DNA from: an uncultured bacterium
Lineage (GTDB): Bacteria; Hydrogenedentota; Hydrogenedentia; Hydrogenedentales; JAEUWI01
Length of the DNA: 29,480 nt
Direction: 5' to 3'
Assembly (NCBI GenBank): GCA_963977445.1
Contig: CAXBPH010000062.1
Span: 1-29,480 of the forward strand
Shown: piece by piece, positions 1-9,333 of the stretch
Layout: every line of letters starts with the position of its first letter
Numbering within the stretch: position 1 is the first letter of the stretch
Translations under genes and position numbers: made by a program
The notes under the pieces: model-generated
Seen by the model: the letters and a program-made list of their open reading frames with translations, nothing else
Told to the model about the DNA's origin: nothing
The model's database searches: none

Positions 1-127
1 GGCTAAAAGCGCTTCGACCGCCCTATTCTGCAACACGGCAAAAATTACGCTGCTTAAGCAAACAATAGAAGACCTCGACGGAACGGCAGAGCCTGATGAA
101 TTCTCACCGGCAGAGCCGGTGGATTAA
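1..127 (+). CDS. Possible 3' end of an upstream CDS, truncated by the window edge
   Basis: Frame 2 is open from the window start (AKSASTALFCNTAKITLLKQTIEDLDGTAEPDEFSPAEPVD) to TAA at 125-127 and converges on the next gene. No family recognised. Confidence 0.3.
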   Translation, partial: AKSASTALFCNTAKITLLKQTIEDLDGTAEPDEFSPAEPVD

Positions 128-154
128 CTATGATTTAGTAGGATTGGATTAAGG

Positions 155-1894
155 CTACTTCGTTATGCCTTCATTGCAGCCGTGGAAGAATTCCACACTG
201 CCCCGCCGGATATTACGAACGTTGTAGCCACCCTCCTGAACGACCAGGACGGGCAGTCGGGTTTGCATGAGTTGCATACCGATCGTTCTGAAAATGTCGG
301 GGCTGAGAAGAAAGGTACCCGTCGGGTCACCCTTCAGGATGTCAAAGCCCAGGCCAACGATAAGGATATCGGGGCGAAACTGCATGACATGGTCAAGGGC
401 CTTCTTGAAGGTGCGTAAATACCGCGCATTGTCTGTCTTGGGGGGGAGGGGAAAGTTACGGTTGTAGCCCTCACCCGTGCCCAGGCCCGTTTCATTGGTA
501 AAACCGCTGAAAAAGGGATATTCATAGTCTGGATCGCCGTGGATGGAGACGGTGAGCACGTCGTCACGCTCATAGAATATATCCTGGGTGCCGTTTCCAT
601 GGTGAAAATCGATGTCAAAGATGGCGATCTTTCCATGGGGGCGCAGGAACTCGGCGGCGATGGCGGCGTTGTTAAAGTAGCAGAACCCACCAAAATAGTT
701 GGCACCGGCATGGTGCCCCGGCGGGCGGCATGCCGCATAGGCCAGACGACGGCCTGCGAGGAGTTCTTCGGCGGCGGTAACAGCCGTATCCGCAGCCACA
801 CGGGCCGCGACAAAGGCATTGCGATATAAGGGCGTCCCCGTGTCGATACAGTAGTAACCCGCCTGGTCAGGAATGCGCTTGGGCTTCTTATCGGGACGAC
901 GGATGGGGAAGGTGTCGGGGTAGAAGGGTCTTCCCGCCTTCAACTTGCCTGTGACAACCCGGAGAAATTGCACAAAGTCGCTGTCATGCACCGCCAGGAT
1001 AATCTTCTCCCCATGCTCCCGGGGCAGGAAGCGCGCAAACAGCCCCGAGTCCGCCAGGGCTTCATCGATAGCCCGGACCCGGGCAGGGCGTTCAAAATAA
1101 CCCCGTTCCCGAACGTGGTGAATCTCGTGCTTTGGACTGATGACCATGGCGAACCGTTCGCCAAGGCGTCGCGATTGCACGGCCTGCCGGGGAGGTTCCT
1201 GACGATTGCGACGGCGGGGACGAAAGGCCACGGGGTCTTCGCGAAAAGAGGCAATGATGTTTTTGCGATAGGTAGGGTCGGCGATATGAGCAAAGCGCCG
1301 GGTCAGTATCATCTCGACCGCCTTACGTGCGGTCGCCCGTGGGAGCTCCGTAGTTACATCCAGGCCATCAAAGAGCAGAAATGCCGTGGTCGGGGGATCG
1401 CCAACGGGTACGGCATAGTCCGTGCCCGATATAACCCGTACGCCATATTGCTCATAGAACCGGATTCGTTTACGTGCCTGGGGCAGTGTGTCCTGATCCA
1501 GCGCGTATTCCGCCTCGTCGGGGTCTACTTCGAGATAGAGTCCCTTGGCACCCATACGCTGACAGTGCTCCCGGGTGGCCTCGTAAAGGGCACCGCCGAT
1601 GCCACTGCCGTGCACATCGGGGCGCACGGCGATAAAGTCAAGGAAGGCACATTCGGTCTGGGGAAAGTTAATCACCAGGGCGAAGCCGTCTACTTTCCCA
1701 AAGGCGCGCTCTGCAATCAGCAAGGCGGAGTGATAGCCCTGCTCGATCGGATCACGCAGCAGCTCGGGGATTCGGGTGGCATACCCGGCCATATCGGGTT
1801 CGGGAAAGGCCTGCTGGAATATTTCCTGGACTTGTTCTATGCGGTCTCGGGAAAGTACATAGGAGCCGCCCTGGACGGCGCGAATGCGAATCAT
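155..1894 (-). CDS. GNAT acetyltransferase fused to a Zn-dependent histone-deacetylase-family (acetylpolyamine amidohydrolase-like) domain
   Basis: N-terminal GNAT motif A (FIAVRPDVHGSGIGGALY) and RIRFYEQYG. C-terminal HDAC motifs RPPGHH, GFCYFNNAAIAA, DIDFHHGNGTQ, GFD..KGDP and QEGGY. GAGGAG RBS upstream of the ATG. Confidence 0.9.
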   Translation of the reverse strand: MIRIRAVQGGSYVLSRDRIEQVQEIFQQAFPEPDMAGYATRIPELLRDPIEQGYHSALLIAERAFGKVDGFALVINFPQTECAFLDFIAVRPDVHGSGIGGALYEATREHCQRMGAKGLYLEVDPDEAEYALDQDTLPQARKRIRFYEQYGVRVISGTDYAVPVGDPPTTAFLLFDGLDVTTELPRATARKAVEMILTRRFAHIADPTYRKNIIASFREDPVAFRPRRRNRQEPPRQAVQSRRLGERFAMVISPKHEIHHVRERGYFERPARVRAIDEALADSGLFARFLPREHGEKIILAVHDSDFVQFLRVVTGKLKAGRPFYPDTFPIRRPDKKPKRIPDQAGYYCIDTGTPLYRNAFVAARVAADTAVTAAEELLAGRRLAYAACRPPGHHAGANYFGGFCYFNNAAIAAEFLRPHGKIAIFDIDFHHGNGTQDIFYERDDVLTVSIHGDPDYEYPFFSGFTNETGLGTGEGYNRNFPLPPKTDNARYLRTFKKALDHVMQFRPDILIVGLGFDILKGDPTGTFLLSPDIFRTIGMQLMQTRLPVLVVQEGGYNVRNIRRGSVEFFHGCNEGITK

Positions 1895-2138
1895 TTTGGT
1901 TAGTACTCCTCACGTGGGAGTTGGTTGGTCCACGTGCGTATATGTATACGCTTTGAACGCGGTGCTTCGCAAGAATCGCGTTGTCGTCGTCTTTCTCCGC
2001 CACACCTCCGGCGGCTCCACGGCCGGCCACTACTGCCCTGCAGGCATCCGTATCGAATAGATTTGGGACACCGCACTTGGTGTATTATGCAACCCCATGC
2101 AACTATAAATTCAAGAACCCAAATTTGGAGAATCTATC

Positions 2139-2831
2139 ATGCATCAACGACGCATACTGGCACTTTTTGCCCCGATCCTCGCGACCTGCGCTATCGCCGT
2201 GGCCGCCCACCATGATAAAGCGGAAGATCCCGATACGACCGATTGGGCACCCCTCTTTAAAGATGACTTGTCCAACGCAATTAAGCCCGAGGGAGTCTGG
2301 ACGGCCGAAGATGGCGTATTTACCGCAAGTGAAGATCAGGCCATGTGGAGTGATCGTGATTACGATAATTTCATCCTGGACCTCGAATTTAAGATGGGTG
2401 AAGGAGCGAATAGCGGCGTTGCGGTGTATTGCAGCAATATGGATGACTGGATTCCAAATTCGCTGGAGATTCAGGTGCAGGATGATTTCGCGGACAAATG
2501 GAAGGATGGCCCCGAGAATTGGCGTTGCGGTGGCGTCTTTGGTCACCTGGCCCCGACGAAACAAGCCGGTAAGCCTGCGGGCGAGTGGAACCGCTACACC
2601 ATCACCTGTAAAGACAGCCAGGTTGACGTTATTCTGAATGGCGAACATGTGGCATCCATGGACATGACCAAGTACACGTCGGCGAAGAAGAATCCCGACG
2701 GCTCCGACGTGCCGGCCTGGCTTTCGAAGCCCGCCGCGGAATTGCCCACCAAAGGCCGTATCGGTTTTCAGGGAAAACACGCCGGTGCGCCCATTTGGTT
2801 TCGCAACATCAAAGTGAAAGAGCTGAAGTAG
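2139..2831 (+). CDS. Secreted DUF1080 (3-keto-disaccharide hydrolase-like) protein
   Basis: Signal peptide, then motifs WAPLF, YDNFILDLEFK, GANSGV, EIQVQDD, GEWNRYTI, GRIGFQG.H and WFRNIKVKEL. GGAG RBS. Confidence 0.9.
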   Translation: MHQRRILALFAPILATCAIAVAAHHDKAEDPDTTDWAPLFKDDLSNAIKPEGVWTAEDGVFTASEDQAMWSDRDYDNFILDLEFKMGEGANSGVAVYCSNMDDWIPNSLEIQVQDDFADKWKDGPENWRCGGVFGHLAPTKQAGKPAGEWNRYTITCKDSQVDVILNGEHVASMDMTKYTSAKKNPDGSDVPAWLSKPAAELPTKGRIGFQGKHAGAPIWFRNIKVKELK

Positions 2832-2857
2832 GCCGTATCAACGACTCACACAAGTGC

Positions 2858-2901
2858 GCGCCCCGTTTGGTATCAATTCGATAGCACGGGGCGCTTTTTT
2901 T
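2858..2901 (+). terminator. Rho-independent terminator after the DUF1080 gene
   Basis: Stem GCGCCCCGT (2858-2866) / ACGGGGCGC (2886-2894) with an inner TATC/GATA pair, followed by a T7 run. Confidence 0.8.
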
Positions 2902-3081
2902 GAACCGTTGGGGTTACCCCTGAATTCGCTTCTCTTTGCCGGCCCAAACGACGACCCGCCCTTTAAGCCGTCGGGGCCCTCCCAGGCTGCTCCATGGTTA
3001 AATGAGAATGACGAGGTCGGACTCTCGTATCAACCGGCAATTGACAGATTTGCCGTTTCCCAACCATAATAGGGGAAGGCA

Positions 3082-3450
3082 ATGGGTTGGTATGGGGAGG
3101 GAGTGCACCACATGAAGCCGAACCCTATTTGCGACGCCGACACGGCCGCCATGAAACACCGCCCCGGCCCCCTGGTGCGCACGTGGAAGCGCCAATTTCG
3201 GGCTGCCTTGCGGGGGCTGGCCCTTCCGAAGGGGCCCCTATGGTTTCGATGGGTATTCTGGTGGGTGGCCACACCCACGGGGCTCTTTGCCAACTTTTTC
3301 TGCTGGTTTGCCGGGTGTTACTGGTGGGGACCACAATTTTTTGTAAGTTGGCTCGCCTTTTCTCTCTTCACGCCCTCTGCCATCGTGTATTACCGAAACA
3401 CGAAGGCAGAGGCCGAGAAAGAGATGAATAACGCACGGCACCGCTCGTAA
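3082..3450 (+). CDS. Small Trp/Phe-rich membrane protein, hypothetical; start may be 3112 or 3151
   Basis: 122-aa ORF with two aromatic-rich hydrophobic stretches, purine-rich RBS-like sequences before 3082 and 3112, and a stop converging on the next gene. Confidence 0.55.
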   Translation: MGWYGEGVHHMKPNPICDADTAAMKHRPGPLVRTWKRQFRAALRGLALPKGPLWFRWVFWWVATPTGLFANFFCWFAGCYWWGPQFFVSWLAFSLFTPSAIVYYRNTKAEAEKEMNNARHRS

Positions 3451-3465
3451 AAGCGTGGCCGAGGA

Positions 3466-5271
3466 CTATTTTCCGGAAGCTTTCATGGCAAATCGATAGT
3501 TCCACCGGCGATTGGGCGCCGAGTCGCCGTGAAGGCCCAGTTCAGACACGTTTCCAAATTCCTGTATGTTGTCCGCCCAGTGAAAATCGAAGTGAGGGGT
3601 GCCGTCAGCCATTCCCACAGCGGTGCGACTAAGGGCCAATTCCATCTGGTTGCCGGAAACCTGGAATACAGCGTCGTCTACCTTGACCCAAGCACCATTT
3701 TCCCAACGTTTGACCGTCGTGGTTGTTTCGTCAGCAACTTCCTGGTTGACCACGAAGTCGTAACCCAGCCAGCCGGTGCTGCCATCCTGATCGGTGTCGA
3801 GGAGGAGAAGCATCCAGTTAGCATCGGTGGATGGGGTAATGGGGCTGCTCGTTTCCGCATAAAAATACAGAGAATCGTCGTCGCAGGTGGCTTTCATGGT
3901 GGTGAGGTCATTGCGGCCCGTTTCGTTGCGATAGACGAGTTCGCCATAGCCGGGGAAGTCCCGGTGGGTCACGTCGCCGATGGTGTCCCGAAATTCGGGC
4001 GATACCCCGTTCCAATCGTCGAATTTTCCATCGATGGCCACGCTGCTCGTCGCTTCGACCTGGGGTAGGGGACGTACCCCCTTAAAGCGCCGAATCCAGC
4101 TCGCAAGCTGGTAGTAATAGTTGTCCGTGTGTCCGCCCACCATGGGCTCACAATCCCGGCTGTATTCATGGTCGTATTGGTCGACAAAGACCCCATCGGG
4201 AAGATAGGAGTCGGATCCTTTGAAGTTACTCCACTCGGGAAAGCAGGCAGCGGTCCACTCGTTCCAGCCCGTAACGAAAACGAACTTCGGATCCAGTTCA
4301 ACGGCCCGCTTCCATTGTTCTTCAAAATTCAGGCCAAGGTCGACGGCACCTTCCCGTGTATCTTTGGCACCATTGTGCCAACTACGGCCCATAGCGCCCA
4401 TCTTGTGGGACATGGGGGCGGGCCCCGGCGTGTCGGGCAGGGCATTCTGGGCCACGCCGACACTTACTTGCTCCACTTCACCCGCGCTGTTCTTGTAGGC
4501 GTTCTGGGGGAACACTTCCAGCCAGCTCCACTGGTCGGGTCCACTCGGTCCGGTCCAATAGTCGGGCATGGGGCGGCGAAAGGTGAAGAACTCCAGTTGT
4601 TCCGGGTTCGTCAGCTTTTCCTTGTCGGCGAGGATAAAGGGTTTGCCGTCCCACATGAACCACAGGTCTTTCCACAGGCCGGGCTTGTATAAGTCTTCCC
4701 AGAGGAGGTCCATGACTTCCGTGGGGCTCCAGAAGGGCGTGATGAACCCGATGGAGGGGGTCCGGTTACCGGCGGCGCGCATGGCCGTGTACTCCTTGCA
4801 GAGAGCCTCGTACTCCGCCTTCCAGGTCCAGGGAGAGTTGGTCGTGTCAAAAAGCACCACATCGACGCCCGCGTCGGACAACATGCTGGCGTGTTTCCGG
4901 ATAACAAAGGGGTCGGTCATCCGATAATAACCCAGCTCGGGCTCGCCCCAGTGATTGGGCGTGCCATTGCGGGGCCATGCTACCGGCCCGCCGTTTGCCG
5001 CTGCGATGAGTTTCGTATTGTCATTGGGACCCCCTTTAAAGGGATGGTGCCAGGTCCAATAGAATATCCCGACCCATTTGTCTTTCTTTACCGGGCCGAC
5101 CTCGTCCAGGCCGGGCTGGGTGCGACCGAGGGCGTCTGACGCGACCCAGGTATCTGAATAGGTATCAACAACAGGCTGGGCAAAACCGGACGGCGCGGTC
5201 AGGGAAAGTGCCGTGAGGAGCAACCCGTTCAGGCAGGTGGAAAGCCGTTTCGGTGTTTTTGGGAAAAACAT
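3466..5271 (-). CDS. Secreted glycoside hydrolase-like protein: GH71/GH99-like barrel plus a C-terminal CBM9/DOMON-like domain
   Basis: ATG at 5271 with AAAGGA RBS (the ORF track extends to 5370). Signal peptide; motifs VGIFYWTWH, WGEPELGYY, HASMLSDAGVD, WDGKP, VTGWNEW; C-terminal IDGKFDDW...LLLDTD. Confidence 0.7.
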   Translation of the reverse strand: MFFPKTPKRLSTCLNGLLLTALSLTAPSGFAQPVVDTYSDTWVASDALGRTQPGLDEVGPVKKDKWVGIFYWTWHHPFKGGPNDNTKLIAAANGGPVAWPRNGTPNHWGEPELGYYRMTDPFVIRKHASMLSDAGVDVVLFDTTNSPWTWKAEYEALCKEYTAMRAAGNRTPSIGFITPFWSPTEVMDLLWEDLYKPGLWKDLWFMWDGKPFILADKEKLTNPEQLEFFTFRRPMPDYWTGPSGPDQWSWLEVFPQNAYKNSAGEVEQVSVGVAQNALPDTPGPAPMSHKMGAMGRSWHNGAKDTREGAVDLGLNFEEQWKRAVELDPKFVFVTGWNEWTAACFPEWSNFKGSDSYLPDGVFVDQYDHEYSRDCEPMVGGHTDNYYYQLASWIRRFKGVRPLPQVEATSSVAIDGKFDDWNGVSPEFRDTIGDVTHRDFPGYGELVYRNETGRNDLTTMKATCDDDSLYFYAETSSPITPSTDANWMLLLLDTDQDGSTGWLGYDFVVNQEVADETTTTVKRWENGAWVKVDDAVFQVSGNQMELALSRTAVGMADGTPHFDFHWADNIQEFGNVSELGLHGDSAPNRRWNYRFAMKASGK

Positions 5272-5355
5272 GGTAAATCCTTTTTCTTCAATAATTGGAC
5301 GTAATCGTTCCCCGCGCGAAGCAGTGGCGGGGGCCCGGTGATAGGAGGTGAAGTG

Positions 5356-5371
5356 TGTGATGTAATTCACG
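5356..5371. promoter_or_regulatory. Crp/Fnr-family-like site TGTGA-N6-TCACG
   Basis: TGTGAtgtaatTCACG, one mismatch to TGTGA-N6-TCACA, between two divergent glycosidase-like genes. Confidence 0.4.
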
Positions 5372-5493
5372 GATTATCCTTGTATTGCCGGGAGCGATCA
5401 AGCCCGGCTTACCGTGTTCCGTTTAAATAGGCCGGGTCGATTGCGTAGACTGTGGCATTGATCATTGTTTAACCATCTGGACCGGATTTGTAC

Positions 5494-8400
5494 ATGCGAT
5501 TCTTTCTCTTGCTTGCCTTGTGTTGTCCTCTCGTAGCGTCTGCCCAGTCGGGCGACCAATTGCTGACGCAGAGCACGGATTTTGCCCGCGTGAAAGCAAC
5601 GGCGTGGCGCGCAGAAGGGTGGCGGGTGGAAAACCCCGACCCGGGCGCCACCATCGTGGAGGTGGATGGCGTGTTGGCCTTCGTGGTCACCGAAGCCCAC
5701 CGGTCCATGGCGTGGACCCTGACCACCGAGCCCTTTTGGGTGGACCCCTTTGGCACCCTGGCGGCGTCCTACTTTGTGGAAGGGGGCATACCGGAAGGGA
5801 ATGGATCGCCCTTCACGCTTTTTGATGGTTCCACTGGCCCCATAACGCCCGGAGCGACCAACGCCGAAAACCCCCTCGCGAGTGGCGGACGACTCGAGTG
5901 CGGCACCTTCACCGAGGGACTCCATCTGGAGACCATTGACCTCACGGGCGTGGAAAACCTCGACCGGGTGGCGGAAATTACCATTACCGTGCGGAGTGGG
6001 GAGGAGCCGGTAGTCCTCCGACTCAATCAATTGGCTTTCATGGCACGTCCGGCCGATGCAATCACCACAGCGATGCCCATTCAGGTGGCCACATCGGAAA
6101 ATACGATGGCCTTTGAGGCCCTTAGCCTGCCGAAGAGCAATCGGGTTCCCCGAGCCTCGGCAGCAACCATGCTCGGTATCGCGCCGGGCACCTTGGACGG
6201 CGCTCCCATTCTATTCGATTCGCTGCCCTTTACATTGGACGCCTTCGCCGTGGCAACGCCGCTGGACGACCGGGGAAACATTACGGTGTCGGCGGCGGGT
6301 ACGGGAAATACCCTGGCCTTCCTGTGCGGCGCGCGCCTGTGGGGCAGTGGGGAGGGCTGGTATAGCAGCAACTTTGTCCCCATTCGTTGGAAGGCACCCC
6401 ACGCCCACCAGTTCGTCGCAACCCTCACCTATGAGGATGGCACGGTTCACCAGGCAATACCATCACGGCAAGATGACAAAGGTCCGGGACTCTGGCCCGG
6501 CCTGAATGCCTACGTCGTTTCCGTCGACCCGAATCGTGAACTGAGCCAGGTCACCTTGAGCGAAGGTATGTCCTACGGTCAGTTGGTATTGCTGGCGGCC
6601 TCCCGACTTGACCTGGCCCCTCCTGCGCCCGTTGCAGAGGCTCTGGAAGAGGTGGCGGTGACTGGAGCCGCACGGGAAGTCCCCGAAGACGACCTGCTGA
6701 TTGAGGGAGAGATCCTGCGAATGGCTATGGATCGCCAGGGCCTTGTTCACTCTATCCAATTGGGCACAGAACGGCGGGAAATTGTCGATGAACCCTTCCC
6801 CCTGGTGACCCTCATCGATCCCGAGGGCAACGCGACACCCCTCCGGCTGGTGGAGGTCCTTGAAGTGCCCACTGGAGACCACCTGGTGTGCCTGTGGGCG
6901 GTGGGTGAAGATGGACGGCAGTGCGAATTGTCCCTGAAGATTCGGAAAGACGGTGGCCTCGAGTGCGCGGCCACCCTGAGCAATCGAAGCGAGGAGCCCT
7001 GGTCCCTCATCGGCGTCCTGCCTCGCCTCACCGGGTTGCAGGTTTCTGCTGACCAGAAGCCAGCCTACGTCCTCGGCGGGCGAAGCGCCATCATGGACAA
7101 CGCGCCCATCGATACCGCCGAAGTCTATGGCGGTCTCTATCCCAACCAGTTTATGGATGTCTACGATGAGGCATCCGGTGGCGGCCTTGCCTATATGGTC
7201 TTGGACGATACGTTGGCCCGCAAGTGGTTTGAGTTCAAGCAGGACGATACCGGGGCGACCAATATGGCCGTCTCCTATCGCAACCTGAAGATTGCACCGG
7301 GGGAGCGACGGTCTCTGCCGCCGGTTGTCTTGTTGCCCCACGAGGGTGACTGGCGCGCACCCTTTCAAGTCTATCGGGAGTGGGTACAGCGCACCTTTCC
7401 CCGGACCCGCCCCAACAAATTGGACGATGTTTTTTATTGCCGACGGGACTACCCCCTGGGCGGTACGACCTACCTCTTCGACACAGAAAAGCAGGGCTAT
7501 TCCTTTGAGAAAATCCTGTCGGAGTCCCAGTGGGCCTTCGGCGGCACCGACATGGTGGACATATCCGGATGGGCCTTCAATGAAAGCTTGGGGCGGGTAG
7601 GCACCTACACCACCAACGATCTCGGCGGACTGGATGCCCTGGCCAAAGGCGTATGGCTATCGCACACCCGGCGGGCCAAGGTGGGCCTCTATTTCGAAGG
7701 CTATCTCCTCGACAAGCGGGCGGCCCGTGGGGAAGAGGGCCTGGCCGAATGGCAGCTAATCCGTGCCGACGATAAACCGGCATGGTGGTCTGGGGGAATG
7801 GAATTTTTCTGTTGCCCGGGCGCAACCGGCTGGCAGGAGGCTCTCGCAGCCGATATTGCCGCCGTGGCGGAAAAAACCAAGGCAGACGCGGTCTACGTGG
7901 ACCAACTGGGCATCTGCGGGACGGACAAAGAGTGCTGGTCGCCGAAGCACGGACACGAGGTGCCGTCCAATCCGATAAAAACCGAAATCGCTCTGTTGCA
8001 GCGCATCCGCGAAGCCTTGGACAAGGTGCAACCGGAGTGTGCCATCTACATCGAGCACATTCCCTGTGATGCCATGGCCCCCTACATCGACGGGGCCTTT
8101 AACCTCGGCATGAAACACACGAAGAGTCCCATGGGCCCCACCAAGTTGCCCCTGCACCGTTATGTTCATCCGGAGATACCGGTTTTTGAAATGGTGGCTC
8201 ATGGCATTCGCCCTATTCCCGCAGAAGAAGATGATCTCAAACTCGCCTTCTTCCATGGAATGGGCCTGTGGCTCAAAGGACGGGGGGCCTCCTGGTACTC
8301 CGACGGCTTTCGTCAGCGTGCCGCCGACTTCTATCCCATTTACAAGAAATTCGGGGACTACTTCCGCAGTCCCGACGCCGAGCCCCATGTAGATACCCTG

Positions 8401-8643
8401 GCAGACGGGGTCTACGCCAATCGCTTTCCCCACGATGGCAACGTGCTCTACACCCTCTACAACGCCAACCCAACCACCATTTCCGGCCCCTTGTTGTCCC
8501 TGCCCGCCGAAGACGGACTTACCATCACTTCGCTGGTGGATGGGGTCGCACTGACCTTGGAATCCGACGATGGGTCAATGCACCTGGTCGGGAGTATCCC
8601 CCCCGAAGGCGTCGCCGGAGTCGTGGTGCAACGGAAGCAATAG
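5494..8643 (+). CDS. Large secreted glycosidase-like protein with a DUF6259-like C-terminal barrel
   Basis: ATG at 5494 (MRFFLLL... signal peptide). C-terminal GDWR...YREW, DLGGLDAL, KVGLYFEGYL, WQEAL and DAVYVDQLG resemble DUF6259/GH36-like domains. Confidence 0.65.
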   Translation: MRFFLLLALCCPLVASAQSGDQLLTQSTDFARVKATAWRAEGWRVENPDPGATIVEVDGVLAFVVTEAHRSMAWTLTTEPFWVDPFGTLAASYFVEGGIPEGNGSPFTLFDGSTGPITPGATNAENPLASGGRLECGTFTEGLHLETIDLTGVENLDRVAEITITVRSGEEPVVLRLNQLAFMARPADAITTAMPIQVATSENTMAFEALSLPKSNRVPRASAATMLGIAPGTLDGAPILFDSLPFTLDAFAVATPLDDRGNITVSAAGTGNTLAFLCGARLWGSGEGWYSSNFVPIRWKAPHAHQFVATLTYEDGTVHQAIPSRQDDKGPGLWPGLNAYVVSVDPNRELSQVTLSEGMSYGQLVLLAASRLDLAPPAPVAEALEEVAVTGAAREVPEDDLLIEGEILRMAMDRQGLVHSIQLGTERREIVDEPFPLVTLIDPEGNATPLRLVEVLEVPTGDHLVCLWAVGEDGRQCELSLKIRKDGGLECAATLSNRSEEPWSLIGVLPRLTGLQVSADQKPAYVLGGRSAIMDNAPIDTAEVYGGLYPNQFMDVYDEASGGGLAYMVLDDTLARKWFEFKQDDTGATNMAVSYRNLKIAPGERRSLPPVVLLPHEGDWRAPFQVYREWVQRTFPRTRPNKLDDVFYCRRDYPLGGTTYLFDTEKQGYSFEKILSESQWAFGGTDMVDISGWAFNESLGRVGTYTTNDLGGLDALAKGVWLSHTRRAKVGLYFEGYLLDKRAARGEEGLAEWQLIRADDKPAWWSGGMEFFCCPGATGWQEALAADIAAVAEKTKADAVYVDQLGICGTDKECWSPKHGHEVPSNPIKTEIALLQRIREALDKVQPECAIYIEHIPCDAMAPYIDGAFNLGMKHTKSPMGPTKLPLHRYVHPEIPVFEMVAHGIRPIPAEEDDLKLAFFHGMGLWLKGRGASWYSDGFRQRAADFYPIYKKFGDYFRSPDAEPHVDTLADGVYANRFPHDGNVLYTLYNANPTTISGPLLSLPAEDGLTITSLVDGVALTLESDDGSMHLVGSIPPEGVAGVVVQRKQ

Positions 8644-8657
8644 GCCACACGCTGATA

Positions 8658-9267
8658 CACCCTGGCGAGGGCCTCTATGTCGAAAAGGGAAACTACGGGT
8701 GCTTCGTCGACTTGAGTAATTCTTCGGTCGACGGTCGTAGAATGCTACCTTTTCCAGTCATACAGTAGTGGCGGAGGTTCTGGTGGCACCCTTGTCGTTC
8801 ACTTTTTTCAAAAAGTTTCATATTGTGGAATAAAAGGGGATGCCGTCGTGCCACCCGATCGTGCACTTTGCCGACGGGGGTATGGCATTAGTCGTCGGAC
8901 ATAAAGCGTTACCTTTCCCAGCCGCGTAAACGTGAAGCACGTTCGGGTGCCTTGACCCTCGTATACTCAATGTTACGATGTTTTTGTCACAGTAGCTTTT
9001 TGCTCCAAGGCCCCGTGGGCAAACCAGTCCACCGCTACCCAGCGAGTGACAGAATAAAGGTGCCACGGACAAGCCCGCCGGGGCTTGCCCGTGAACGTTT
9101 TCTATGTAGGGGCATCAGGGTGGCAGCAGTACCGGGCGAAAGTCGGGCAAGAATTAGACACGCAACTTAGGACCATCAGATCACCTGCAGTTCCCCACGG
9201 GCAAGTTCTGTGGACTTGTCCGTGCCACCCAGACGTGTGCTTCGTCGACGTGGGTAGTGTTTCGGTC
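8658..9267. repeat. Modular REP/REPIN-like repeat cluster, locus 1: degenerate C-tail, linker L', unit B (~8781-8860), linker L, unit C, unit A (9058-9230), partial L'
   Basis: Aligns by eye with 10976-11768 and 16635-17010. Inverted termini GGTG(G/C)CAC...GTGCCACCC and REP-like hairpins CACGGACAAGCCC..GGGCTTGCCCGTG. Confidence 0.85.
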
Positions 9268-9333
9268 TTCAGATTGCGTTTCGAAGTCCTTCCGAATACA
9301 ATGAGGCTGTGGCACTACTGAGGGAGTTGTACA

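Noticed and set aside
968..1903. Long antisense ORFs (311 aa here; also 2103-2780, 6463-7368, 18347-19222, 24398-25474)
   Set aside because: Shadow ORFs opposite well-supported genes in GC-rich DNA, with no recognisable motifs.
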